DNA of 63,819 nucleotides, the filler included, from Octopus bimaculoides (taxonomy: Eukaryota): the NCBI RefSeq assembly GCF_001194135.2. It is 4 parts of 4 records of this genome, joined end to end, with 100 filler letters (N's around TTAATTAATTAA, not from the genome) between each part and the next. Parts side by side here need not be neighbours in the genome. Positions count along the whole stretch, not along the records: positions 1 to 28,717 come from NC_068985.1; 3 more parts are not named here. One strand, 5' to 3'. Under the pieces are notes generated by a model. The model had not been told where the DNA came from. It made no database searches and was given only the letters and a program-made list of their open reading frames with translations. Below are positions 1 to 12,133 of this stretch, in pieces (position 1 is the stretch's first letter; every line of letters starts with the position of its first letter). The position numbers were made by a program, and so were the translations under genes.

Positions 1-532
1 ATATATATATATATATATAATGCGTTATCATAAATAGACAAGAAAAAAATCTAGAGGCATGGAGAAAAGAAAATGAATGGAATAAGTATGAGCAACAAGA
101 ATAAAACAATGAATTCCGAGATGTATTTGTAAACTTTTCTATCTGCAGCTGGATGTGATATATATTTAAAATTATTCACACGAACTAAGGGGCAACATAT
201 GCAGAAAGTATGTGGCTGTTAGAAAGGATGCATCACTTCACATTAAAAATGAAGAATTCCTCGCAATAAGTCGTCAATAATTTATTAAGGCGAAACATTA
301 CTTTTGACTTATGATAGCAGGTGAAAATAGAAATATTTGAATATATCATACGAAATGCCAAGAAATATATAAACATATAACTCAAAATTCTCCACGTGAT
401 AATGTGTTTTGGAGTGGGTGTATCAACTGATTTTATCAGTTGGAAACTAAAGACTCAGTTTTGTGATATGGTTTACATGTTTCCGTTTTTTAACTATGAC
501 CATCTTGGGGCATCGTCTTGAAGGGTTTAGAG

Positions 533-660
533 CAGTGGTTCCTAAACGTTTTTTTACTCACGGCGCACCTTACAAGAAGTCAAAATATTTTGGCGCACTT
601 TGTAAATAAACTCTAAAATTTACTCAAAATGGCGTTTTATACATTTTAGCGGAATATAGA
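533..660 (-). mobile_element. hAT (Charlie/Buster-type) terminal inverted repeat end
   Basis: CAGTGGTTCCTAAAC at 533 preceded by GTTTAGAG (resembles the Charlie target site). Probably the 3' end of the minus-strand transposase remnant at 1.7-3.2 kb. Confidence 0.55.
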
Positions 661-695
661 TAATTAAAAATACAGAAGACTTGAATCAAAGGGAA

Positions 696-899
696 GGCGG
701 AATCGTTAGCACGCCAGGCAAAATACTTAGCGGTATTTCGTCTGTCGTTACGTTCTGAGCTCAAATTCCGCAGAGGTCGACGACTTTGCCATTCAACCTT
801 TCGGGGTCGATAAATTAAGTACCAATTAGGTACTGAGATCGATCTAATCGACTGGACCCTCCCCCAAAATTTCGAGCCTTGTGCATAGAGTAGAAAAGA
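696..899 (+). mobile_element. tRNA-derived SINE family A (tail type 2)
   Basis: Head GGCGGAATCGTTAGCACGCC, central GTCGACTTTGCC...TTTCGGGGTCGATAAATTAAGTACC; ~20 related copies in the window. Confidence 0.85.
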
Positions 900-918
900 A
901 TATATGAATCGAAGTTAA

Positions 919-1148
919 GGCGGTGAGCTGGCAGAGTGGTTACCACGCCGGGCTAAATGCTTAGTGGTATTTCGTCTGTCGTTACGTTCTGAGTTCACAT
1001 TCCGCCGAGGTCGACTTTGTCTTTCATCCTTTCGGGGTCGATACATTAAGTACCAGTTATGCACTGGAGTCGATGTAATCGACTTAATCCCTTGGTCTGT
1101 CCTTGTTTGTTCCCTCTATGTTTAGCCCGTTGTGGGCAATAAAGAAAT
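919..1148 (+). mobile_element. SINE family A, full length (tail type 1)
   Basis: GGCGGTGAGCTGGCAGA head through the GGGCAATAAAGAAATA tail. Confidence 0.9.
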
Positions 1149-1346
1149 AAGAAACGTTAGCACGCCGGACAAAATTCTTAGTGGCATTTCGTCCGTCGTT
1201 ACATTCTGACTTCAAATGCCACCATGGTCGACTTTGCCTTTCACCATTTCGTGGTCGACGAAATAAGTACCAGTTGAGTACTGGGGATCGATGGAATCGA
1301 TTCACCCCCTTCTTGATTTTGCTGGCCTTGTGCCAAAATCAGAATC
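1149..1346 (+). mobile_element. SINE family A, head-truncated (tail type 2)
   Basis: Starts at AGAAACGTTAGCACGCC directly after the previous copy's tail. Confidence 0.85.
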
Positions 1347-1369
1347 CTGCTAGACATTTCAAGTGACCG

Positions 1370-1546
1370 GGTGGCAGAACCTTTAGCAGCTGTTTACGTT
1401 CTCAGCTGAGGTCGACTTTGCTTTTATCCTTTCGAGGTCGATAAATTAAGTACCAGTTACGCACCGGAGTCGATGTAGTCGACTTAATCCCTTTGTCCTT
1501 ATTTGTCCCCTCTATGCCTAGTCCTCTGTGAGCAATAAAGAAATAA
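1370..1546 (+). mobile_element. SINE family A, internally deleted (tail type 1)
   Basis: Central domain and tail match the 919-1148 copy. Confidence 0.85.
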
Positions 1547-1564
1547 ATATATGAACCAAAGAAA

Positions 1565-1674
1565 AGGCGGCGAGCTGGCAGAAACGTTAGCACGCCAGGC
1601 GAACTATTTCGCGGTATGTCGTCTGTCTATACGTTCTGAGTTCAAATTCCGCCGAAGTTGACTTTGCCTTTCGG
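1565..1674 (+). mobile_element. SINE family A, 3'-truncated
   Basis: GGCGGCGAGCTGGCAGAAACGTTAGCACGCC head, ends in the central domain. Confidence 0.85.
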
Positions 1675-1689
1675 TTGATATTTTTGGGA

Positions 1690-3170
1690 AAAGTTTACAG
1701 TACTGGGACGGATTTGAGAAGGACAAAGCCTAGTCCTTCTTAGATTTGATGTTTTTGAGGGTTGAAAATCCCAACTCATATAAATACGATGTAGAAAACT
1801 GCATAAAAACGGAAAAATCCTTTTTTGCTACTGAGAGATATTCTCCAAAATATATCAATAGGTATCTCAGCATACTTGATTTTAAGTCCGCGATCACTGG
1901 ATATAGATGTCAATTCCTCTTCTTCACATATTTTCAGACCAATATTAGATGAAATTTTATGAAGGGATTTCGAACCCAATCATACTCTTCTGCGTTCAAT
2001 GACGGAAAATAAAAGTTTATTTTCTCTTCCAGATTTGTCGAATGTTCAAATACAATTGGAGTCATTTCTTTTATACAGCATTGACGTACTAAGGGGAATA
2101 TTTCGAAGTTACCAGCTTCAGTTCTATTTTGCCAAATTGCAGCCTTCTTTTTAAATGAAACCAGCTTATCTATCGAAGTGAGAATATTTTCATCTCTTCC
2201 TCGCATATTTCTGTTTTACTTGTGTGAAAATATCTCTGTTAAATACTCCAGCTTGGAAACCAAAATTCGTATTGTAAGTAGTCCAAGAAGCGTTCATGTT
2301 TTTCCTCTTTAGAAAAATATATGCAATTCCTTCTGGAGCTCATGTATGCGACGTAGCAACTTACCTTTTGAGAGTCATCAGACTTTTGTGTGTAAAAGTA
2401 AGCGCTTGTGCTGGGAATCCATATCAACACAAATTTGTTCAGATAAGCAACACTTCAAAGCCTACTTTTAATATAATTAACCATTTCAACAACTTGGTTT
2501 AATACTTGCTTTAACACAACTGCTATTGTTTTTGAAACTAATACCTCCCTATGTATGAAGCAATGAGCAGTACGTGTAACATTAGAATTTTTCTGTTGTA
2601 CGAGCGATACAAAACCTTTAAATAGTGCCTATCATAGATGGTGCCCCATCGGTACATATTCCAACACATGAATTCCAGGATAAATTCCATTTATCGAGGT
2701 AGGCAGATAAAATGTCAGAAATATCTTGACCTCTTGTAGTGAGTGGCATTTCTTCGCAACAAAAGAAACGATTTATGGTTTGGTTACCATCAATACAGCG
2801 AATAAATCTAAGTAATTGTGCTTTGTCATTAATGTCAGTTGATTCGTCAACCTGTAGAGCAAATTCTGAGTTCTGAAGTTTTTTTCTGTACATTTTCCGC
2901 TATATCAGTAGATAAATCCATAATTCTCCTATGGATTGTATTATTTAAGAGCGGAATATTGCTTATTCCTTGCTTGGCTTCATCACCTAACATGGTTTTA
3001 ACCATATTTCTACAAGCAGGTAAGATAATCGGCTAAAGTATGCGATTTCGTTTGTAATGCAATCATTTCGGCTATCTCAATAGACGAGACTTGTGACTTT
3101 TCAGAAGCATTCATCCTTGTTTCAAAATAGTTTCCTTGATTAGATTGCTGTTCTAGCAGTCTTCTAATAT
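1690..3170 (-). mobile_element. hAT Buster/Charlie (ZBED5/SCAND3-like) transposase remnant, frameshifted
   Basis: Translated pieces IILPACRNMVKTMLGDEAKQGISNIPLLNNTIHRRI, FALQVDESTDI, CVGICTDGAPSMIG, EEYDWVRNPF, ELTSISSDRGLK match Buster-family motifs; multiple stops and frameshifts. Confidence 0.92.
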
Positions 3171-3479
3171 AATAAATGCGAAAACTAATTTCTGTGTGTC
3201 AGTGTGTCACACTTCGACCCCCATCTCTCACTATTCTTTGACACTCCTACTATTGCTCATGTTGGGGTGAGAGTAATAGAACGCATAGAAACGGTAGTAG
3301 ATTGACGGCTGTGATGGTAATGGGGTGATAGTAATAGTATGAGCTGTAGTTGTGATAGAGGCAGAGGCGACGGTGATGATGATGATGATGGTGGTGGTAG
3401 CCGAGGTGGTCAGGGATGTCGGTGATAGTAAGCGATGTGAGAGACAGCAGCGATGGTGGTGAAAGGGAAGGCGTCGACG

Positions 3480-3932
3480 TACGCACACCACCCTCAACCC
3501 TAACCTGTGACCGCGCGAACCCCACCATGTGCCCTCTAGAAGGATCCTGCCTCTCAAAGGCCGTAGTATACAGATCCACCCTTACACCATCCGGTGGAAT
3601 TACTGGGCACTATACGAGTGTGACAGCTAATGACTTCAAGGGAAGATACTGCAAGCATAGGCACATGTTCATATCCAGGAACAGAGAGAACACTACTTCC
3701 CTGTATCATTTTCTTTGGAGACTCCGTGACCTCCGAGACGAAACACCCAGTATCAAGTGGACCATTGTCGGCAGAGCGCCACCATATTCACCCGGGGCTC
3801 CCAACTGCCAGCTCTGCCACCATGAAAAACTGCATATCCTTCAATAATCCGCAGTATCCCTCAACAAAAAATACGATTTATCTTATTGCTGTCACCACAG
3901 GTATACCTTCCGGACAAATTTCAAGCCTCTGA
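3480..3932 (+). mobile_element. Penelope-like element GIY-YIG endonuclease remnant
   Basis: CPLEGSCLSKAVVY...FKGRYCKH...WRLRD...IKWTIVGRAPPY...CQLCHHEKLHIL, then LNKKYDLSYCCHHR in another frame; typical C-terminal PLE endonuclease. Confidence 0.88.
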
Positions 3933-3959
3933 CTAGCGACAACCCAGATATACTACCTT

Positions 3960-4730
3960 ACTGCGTCCGGGGATTTTTCTAGTATTGATTCTGGTAAAGT
4001 AGTTGGACGTTGCCACTCTTCTTTGTGCCTCCTGCCGCGATGTGGGTTCATCCGGAATTGTAGATAAAGAAAACTATCTAGTCAGTTTTGAAGACTTCCA
4101 TGTCTACACCTTGCAGATCTCTGTTGTTCTGTGGTAGGGCATTAAAAAGTTATGGTCCCTTGAATTCCAAGCTATTACAATATTGGGTTCGTATCCCCAA
4201 TGTAAAAGATGGGACCTTTGATACTGTGCAGTGCAGTATCAAATAGACTTCAATTCCGAAATTTGGAGCCAGACCCTCCATTAATTTCCACATGTATAGC
4301 ACTGTATATCTCTCGCGTGTCCGCTCTAGAAAGTAGAGTCCCAGTCCCTTGAATCTGTCCCTGTAGCCCATGTGTTTTACTGAGTCTATCTCTTTTGTGA
4401 GGTGGCGTTAGATTGCTTCTAGTTCCGCAATTAGCTTTACACTCTGTGTAGATGACAGTTCGGAGCAGTAGTCCAGACGACTGAGGACAAAGGTTCTCCA
4501 AGGCAGAAGCATTGTGTCTCTGTTCCTGGTCCTGAAGGATCCAACCTGGCACCTGCCTGCATAGTTTGCCATCTGAGCAATGTGCACATAGAAAGTTTCG
4601 TCGTTGCTCATGTGGATTCCCAAGTCACGAACCGACTGTAAATCTGGTATTACATTGCCTGCTAGTCCTGGGTAATTCAGCTGTAGTTTGCTTGTGGGCT
4701 GATAGCGGGGCTCTTGAAATTTTGCGGCAT
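3960..4730 (-). mobile_element. CR1-group LINE, RT C-terminal/3' fragment
   Basis: VRDLGIHMSND...FVLSRLDYCS...LGLYFLERTRERY...KGP-LFNALP; degenerate. Confidence 0.85.
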
Positions 4731-5029
4731 TATATATATATAAATGGGCTGACTGACTAAAACTCACCGCTGATTAAGACCAATTTAATACGCACGTGCG
4801 CAAAAAATGTGCTTAGTCAAACTCGGGATTCCACACCAAAATAATATACACCCCGCTCTAATTACCCAATGGAACTATAAAATTACCAATCTACAACAAT
4901 GAAATTCACTCCCCATCAGAATAATCAACTTAAGAACATAATGTAAGACTAACAAATTTTGACTCCATTACTATTACAAATGTATCAATTTATTTTTCAC
5001 ATTCTGACCGATGTATCACTCTATTTTTC

Positions 5030-5080
5030 GCATTCTGAAGATATTTACTAAAACTAGTAAATTGAAACGATCGTAAATGC
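5030..5080 (+). ncRNA. Minimal type I hammerhead ribozyme motif (PLE-associated)
   Basis: Stem I GCAUU/AAUGC; CUGAAGA 5035-41; 8-bp stem II (5043-50/5055-62); GAAA 5064-67; palindromic stem III ACGAUCGU; GUA cleavage triplet 5073-75. Positions 10.1/11.1 are U/U. Confidence 0.7.
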
Positions 5081-5171
5081 TACATTATTCTTTGTTAATT
5101 ATTTAAATTAAAGACATACCAGCAAAAACGACGAGTTTCTCCTTGTTATTTACATCCATTTCTTCCCGTCT

Positions 5172-5230
5172 ACACACACACACANNNNNNNNNNCCCGTA
5201 TACACACACACACACACACACACACGCACG

Positions 5231-5328
<98 letters not shown>

Positions 5329-5372
5329 AACATATATACATACGTATATATATATATGTATGTATACATACA
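5172..5372. repeat. (CA)n/(TA)n microsatellite complex with gap
   Basis: Direct reading. Confidence 0.97.
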
Positions 5373-6036
5373 TGAATATTTTGCTTTATACATTTTTGTG
5401 TGTATCTATGTATGTATGTACGTACGTATGATGTCTATACAAATGAGATATGTAAAAGAAATAGAGAGATAAGTTATGGCAATGTGTGGCAAGAAAATGG
5501 GTAAAAGAGTTATCGCGCTGAACGGTCTAGTATGGTAGGCCAAGTGTAACAGAATTCAAAATCGGTGGATATCATAAAAACGAAAACGAATGCAGTCATT
5601 AAATAAATACTCGTTAACACTTAACGAGCACTTTATGTTTTAAGATAATAGGAAAATATTTTTAAAATGAATACAATAAATGAATAACTGAACAAATATA
5701 AAACAACAGTAGTAATTTATTCATCTTTTTTTCCCCATTTGTTTATAATATCTCTATATCAATTACAAAGCGTATCGATTTCGTAATGTTTTATTGGGGA
5801 TCCCCCGTTTTCAATAAGATTTTTAATGTATGCAACTATTTGCCAAGCGATCTCCGTTGTTGTATCTAAAACCGTAGTTATTAAAAAAAAAAAAAAATTC
5901 GCTTGTATCTAATGATAAGTTACAGGAAACAATAAATAGTTAATGATGGTCTTCAGCTTCAATACTACGACACACACTTACGCATATACCTAGACACGCA
6001 TATACATACATATACAATTCTTTCTTTTATATATAC

Positions 6037-6073
<37 letters not shown>

Positions 6074-6447
6074 AACATACATTTACACACACACACACAT
6101 ATACAAACATATACACACACATACATATACAAACATACATTTACACACACACACATATACATACATTTATACATATATAAATTTAAGTCACAATATATGA
6201 ATTCAAGTAATCCGGTAATATTCATAAAAATGTTCCCTAATGTATCATTCTACAAAATATACAGAATATATACTACGGTATGAGAAAAAAACAATAAAGT
6301 GTGTATAAGATCGTAAATGACAGGAAATAAATTGTTGAAATTTTAATTAACAATAAGAAAATTCTAACATCACGACAAAGTGTTTCATAACTTAAAAACA
6401 TGTAAAGAATTTATATTATTATATTTGATAATACATAAATTACTTAC

Positions 6448-6549
6448 GTGCCTCAATTAAGATAAAATGCAAAAAAAAAACCCCAAAAAACTTTAAAATA
6501 ATGCAGAATTTAAACTACGTCTTCAGGTGAAAGAAAGACTTTCTTTTAC
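6448..6549 (-). other. Candidate non-coding exon
   Basis: TATGTTTTCAG acceptor and GTAAGTA donor; low-complexity A/T-rich content. No transcript evidence. Confidence 0.3.
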
Positions 6550-8269
6550 CTGAAAACATAATAAGAGGTATCTCGTTAAATAAACTCTGTTACGCTCGCA
6601 TTTAATACAGCATGTTGGTAGTGTCTGTAGGTTAAAGGCCATGGGCAGAAATGGTGACGGACAGATTCCGTTGCAAAGTTACATATGCTTGTTTTCAGTG
6701 AGCTTTCTGTGGCTTCGGAGTTCATCTGACTCCTATTTCTTGTAACATAATGGTTTTATACTTGCCTGTACGGTTCAAGCTTTGGATTGCCACTAATATT
6801 ATTATTTATTATTAATAAAAATATCCTTATATATTTATAAATTATTCACTTAGTTCGTTTCTGGATGTGCCTTGAGACTTCACATGAACTCGCAAGGCAT
6901 GGCTGAGATTAATGCTTTTAAATTTGGTCTTCTTTTAGCAGTAAGCTTAACTTTTATTCCCCGCAACCTTTCTACTATTCTTCTTCTTAGCTCCTCTTCC
7001 GCATATTCTAATTTTAAACAACTACTACCATCTCGTTAGGCATAACAAAATCCTTGACTGAAGATACATAGCCCCACCTTTCTCTCTTCCCTTCTCTCCC
7101 CTCCATCCTATTTAATTCAAATACCACTCTTTTTTCTTCTCTTTCTAACGCTGTTTAAAGGGTTCTATTGAAAGCCACATGTTTAATTTTCTATTCACGA
7201 ATGACCCCATTAAATTCTTTTTCCCCAAACAATTTCAATGCAAGACCCTCTCTCCACACCCGCCCCACTTTATTTGTAAACTTACCCAACCTCTTATATA
7301 TGTTTCTCTTATTCCTACTTATTCCTACAAATATATTTTCCTCCTGAACTGTGCTTTCTTCGCATCGCGATCGAATCACCTGCGAGTTAACACGGGATCT
7401 CCTAACGGCAATGTAAGCTTCGTGTAATAAAGGTATCCTTTCCCTGCAGACTAGCTTCTTGCCGTATACCTCTCGTTTGGATAATTACTGTTTCCGAGGT
7501 TCCGCTTGCTATCAAACATATGTAGCACAGATTTTTATCTATTCCATTCCTTATTTTTGAACTGCTACTCTCAGGCTTTCGAAATCTTGAGGCTGGTTAA
7601 GGATTTAAAGAAAAGATATTTTAGGAGCGTAATATTGCGCTCTGTAAAGTATAATTAAGAAACTTACCTGAAAATGTGAATCTACTTCTAAAAATCCGTA
7701 TCTCTATGTTTTCTTCACCGACATGTTCCAGCACAAGTAGTGAGTTTATAAAATGACGTAATTTTTATAAATAAAATTCATTAGATGACTCCATCAAGTA
7801 CGCACACGTCCAATTCAGTTTGAATTACACGTGTGTTAAAGAAAAATGAATAAGTTATTGTCATGGAAATGGCTTCTAATTTCTAAATTTTAATGAAAGT
7901 TTAACAAAACTTAGAACATGGTTTGGATTTCTTTTCAGAGAGTAATTATTTCATTCGAAAATTTCTATCAGAGATATTAGCTCGAAGACTTGCTCTTTAC
8001 GCTTCGTGTAACACACCTCATTAACATTAAAATTAAAAATATAATAAAGCTAGGGCTGTACTGTAAGAAAAGTAATTAGAAATATTTTAATGGTAATTGA
8101 AAATATCAGTATTAATTGATTACATATTGGATTGTTAATCGCATTTCCCTTTAAATCAATGTTGCTCAAACATAGCATGTTCCTTATTGATGGTACATAA
8201 TTACATTAGTTTAGTTTATGTGTGCATGATTTTGTGTTAGCTGCTGAGATTCTGTTCGTTTTTTCTTTC

Positions 8270-8900
8270 AACATACATCTACCGATGCATTTCTTGGACA
8301 CATCTTCAGTGTTGCTTCCTAGAGTCACTGGGTGTTTCAGATCTGCAGGCGACTCAATCTAGGTTGATGAAGCCTAGGCCCATGTCCAAGCGGCAAATCT
8401 CCTGAAACCACCAATCAACTCTTTTCAGTCAGCGCCATCTGAATACTATCAGAAGCTTCGAGGTTAACCTGGAATATTCGTAGGTTAACCTTGGAATATT
8501 CGTAGCTCTGTAGGCTTTATACAATATATAAAAGAGACCACAGCATTTCCCTGTAGACAAGAGCAGTGTATTCTTTCTCAGCGCTAAGAGATCCTGCCAA
8601 AACTATAAATCAATCGATGTTCCCAGCCCCCTCCTTTGTGTGCTGAACCTTATGTGCTTATGATGCAATCAAAGATGGCGTGTTATCTCTAAAGTTTCGC
8701 TGTCGAGGTGTCAGTGTGTATTCATCGGACAGTATACCTGCAAAAAGCCGTGGTCAACAAGGAATCTTGAACATATCATGATGATTGTGAAACCTTCTCT
8801 GTTTCCTAATTCTCTTTCAGGACCTTTTAAATCCAAAGCCGTAGCTCTGGATAGTTCTTGTAGAGATTGTACGTCTCTCCACTTGGGCCTGCTTCTGAGT
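8270..8900 (-). mobile_element. Highly degenerate RTE-like LINE RT remnant
   Basis: Weak motif traces (AGILSDEYTLTP vs consensus-like AGVLQGDTLAP; NIPRLT) with many stops. Confidence 0.3.
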
Positions 8901-8944
8901 TAGGTCATACTTGTATGTATGTATGTTTGTATGTATGTATGTAT

Positions 8945-9080
8945 AACGGGTTTCTTTCAGTTACTCTCTACCAAGTCCTTAAACAAGGGTTTAGTCGGTC
9001 TGGGGCTATACAATGAGTCAGGCAGTGGGACTGAACTCGGAGTGATGTAGTGGGGAAACAAAGTTCTTACCACACGACGA
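8945..9080 (-). mobile_element. SINE family B (CORE-like), degenerate 5' part
   Basis: Similar to the 44668-44820 head. Confidence 0.6.
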
Positions 9081-10024
9081 ACCCTTTCATTATTTCAAGT
9101 TTTCACTTTTCCATGATAAAACTGCATCGTAAATGTTCTATTCAATCTAACATGTTCCTAGATTTGTGTTAGTGATTTTCAAACTAATAAAACCTACTGA
9201 AGCACTTAGAGAAGCGAATACAGAGGTTATTAATAAATGTTTGATGAAATTTCAAAGTATATTCGTATAACAGACTATATCGACGATTCTGCTTTTCTTC
9301 AACGGACAATTACTGACGAGGCAGTAGAGTAACGTTAAGAGGTTTTGATACTAATGTATATAATAATCAGTTAATACATATTAAAGTTGATATATGACTA
9401 TATATGGGAGATTAAAATTAATGGAAAATCACTATTTTGATGTAGTTAAGATGAAATACACAATTACACATTAACCCATTCCAAAATAATTTGAACTTGC
9501 ACATACTCAAGAAGCGACACGCTCACACTGACAAACATACATACATACATACATATGTATATTTATATACATATGTATATTTATATACATAATTATATTT
9601 ATATACAAATGCTTAAAAACACTCATATCGGAGGAATATCTAAATGCAAGTTATAAAACGAAAATTATTAAAGTTTGCTATAATTAATTAGCACGCAAAT
9701 ATATAATTACTTTTAATTATCGAAGGAAGTTACACTTTGATATTTGTACTTGATTTCTATGTTAATACACGACCAACATTCAAGGGAAATATCGCATCTA
9801 ATATCCATTGTTCTCTGCATCATCATCATGTACCTGTGTTAAATTTACTGCGTAATTTGATACAGCGGTGTACGTATGAACCCGAAGTAATATTTGTATG
9901 CGTGATTCGGTGGATGGCATTCGGAAAGTATTTATAAGTTTAGAAAAGTTATTTTAATTAATTATCACCATCTTTGATTTTTCTAAGTCCACAAACATTT
10001 AATCAAGATATATACACATATGTA

Positions 10025-10042
10025 TGTACATATATGTGTGTA

Positions 10043-10101
<59 letters not shown>

Positions 10102-10120
10102 AAGAGAGAGAGAGAGAGAG
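10025..10120. repeat. (GT)n(GA)n microsatellite
   Basis: Direct reading. Confidence 0.95.
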
Positions 10121-10159
10121 CGTGTGTGTACATTCACTAAATATTGACTAAATATTTTA

Positions 10160-10246
10160 TGCGTCACGTCACGCGTTTGGTAATTAAAGAACGAATATTC
10201 TAAACCAATACGCAATCATCAAAAGCGCGCCGGTGTACGTTCAGTC
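10160..10246 (+). promoter_or_regulatory. CpG-dense promoter-like cluster
   Basis: GTCACGTCAC (CRE/E-box-like), CCAAT 10205-09, GCGCGCC, TCAGTC (Inr-like) 10241-46. Motif match only. Confidence 0.25.
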
Positions 10247-10398
10247 ACACACACACACACACACACACAGGCAAAATCACACATAATCTGTGTGTGTGTG
10301 TATACATATTTATGTCCCTATATGTATGTATATATTGTATATATATGTATATTTGTGTGTGCGTGTGTGTAGGTGTGTGAGTGTTTGCATGTGTATAT

Positions 10399-10437
<39 letters not shown>

Positions 10438-11105
10438 CATACGTGTGTAACACCAACTACGTACTATTGAAAGTAATTTTGAAAGCCTGCTAAACCGCAT
10501 CCGTTTTAGAAAGCATCTCTTACAAATGTGTTCAAAATCACAGAAATATATCCGTAGCTGAGGGGCACCCTTCTTCAGCAGCTGTGGTGGTGTGTTAAAA
10601 TAACTATTTCTGCCTCATTGGTACTCGTCAGAATTAAGCATTCCGTGGCAGCTGCATGCTTAGACGAAATCAACCGCTACTTATATAGCAAAACAGCAAT
10701 TGAAAAATCGCTGATGCTGCAGTTAACTGGCAGGCTGCTTGAAAGCACCTTATCAGCGATAGAAGAGGTATTAGTAGAAAATAAACTAACAATCTGCGTT
10801 TTACACTTAAGACAGATACATATATGCAAACCTGGTAAACTGTGGCATTCTTCTCGAGACAGCATCTCCTATTGACATATGGCGGTCAAAAAGACAAAAC
10901 TTTATCAGTATCAGAAGATAATTGTCCAGCATGAGTAGTAGCATAGCTAAGGATATATTTCTGTCCTTTTGGCATTATGAACACATCCGTACACATAAGA
11001 AGGAATGTTGCTCGCTTTTCACAGAGCACATAAAGATTATTTTATGTATATGCATTCGCATTTAAATTTATATCTTTATATATCTATCTATCTATCTATC
11101 TATCT

Positions 11106-11149
<44 letters not shown>

Positions 11150-11150
<1 letters not shown>

Positions 11151-11275
11151 CAAGGCTTTGGTCGACCCGGGATATAACAGAAGATACTTTTCCAAAGTGC
11201 CATGCAGTGGAACTGAACCCGTAACCTTGTGGTTGCGAAGCAACCTTCTTAGTAGCACACAGCCACATCTGCGCC
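11150..11275 (-). mobile_element. SINE family B (CORE-like) 5' part
   Basis: Reverse complement of the GGCTGTGTG...GGGTTCAGTTCCACTGCATGGCACTTTGG head. Confidence 0.75.
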
Positions 11276-11823
11276 TATTCTAAAGAAAAATATTAGTAAA
11301 GTCCTTGTAACAGTAAGACTCTCGCCATTGTCGTTAATCTGGAACTACATCATCCAATGTATTTATCCTCTTAAAACCGCAGATGTTATTTTAAACAACT
11401 CGTAATTCAGGTACAGCTCGCTGCTATCACATGTGACAGAAGAAAGCGTTTAAAGGTGATGTATTCAAACTCCGTGTTGTACAACGTATACGACTATTAA
11501 ATGCTTTCAGTGCTGCATATCCAACCTTTTATTTTCTTAATTATGTCAGGAAATGCTGCTATTGAGAAGACTTCCATTTCCTTTTCCATCCAATTTCTAA
11601 ATAACTATGAGAGGGTTTGAATTTATATGAAAGTAGTTACATCACGACGAGTCAAATTTATTGGGTGAAATTACATTTTGGTTGCTAAGTTCTTGAAAAC
11701 AAAGAAGTGTAGCAGCAATTTTTTACCTATTTCTGGGGCACCGTCTTGAAGAATATCTTGGTGAACGAGTCAACCCGAGAACTTACAATTTTTTAAGCCT
11801 GGAAGGCGATATTTTAACATCGC

Positions 11824-12133
11824 CCTCGGCAGAATTTGAACTCAGAACGTAAAGACAGACGAAATACCGTTAAGCATTTCGCCCAACGTGCTAACGTTTG
11901 TTATTTCTTTATTGCTCACAAGGAGCTAAACATAGAGGGGGAAAAACAAGGACAGACAAAGGGTTTAAGTCGATTACATCTACTCCAGTGCGTAACTGGT
12001 ACTTAATTTATCGACCCCAAAAGGATGAAAGGCAAAGTCGACCTCGGCGGAATTTGAACTCAGAACGTAATAGCAGGCGAAATAACGTTAAGCATTTCAT
12101 CCGGCGTGCTAACGTTTCTGCCAGCTCGACGCC
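11824..12133 (-). mobile_element. SINE family A pair (full type-1 copy plus head-truncated copy)
   Basis: Full copy 11901-12133 joined to a truncated copy 11824-11899. Confidence 0.88.

Noticed and set aside
919-960. SINE heads as tRNA genes
   Set aside because: A/B-box-like motifs only; no cloverleaf, and they continue into multicopy SINE bodies.
3231-3579. Poly-His/Thr/Ile ORFs on the minus strand
   Set aside because: Translation of a degenerate (GAT/GGT)n simple repeat, antisense to the PLE remnant.
6868-6899. TGCCTTG...CAAGGCA hairpin as a miRNA
   Set aside because: Only about 32 nt, too short for a pre-miRNA, and no recognised seed.
9308-9345. CTGACGA...GTAACGTT as a hammerhead
   Set aside because: No GAAA or stem I; the core is buried in a local TACTG/CAGTA hairpin.
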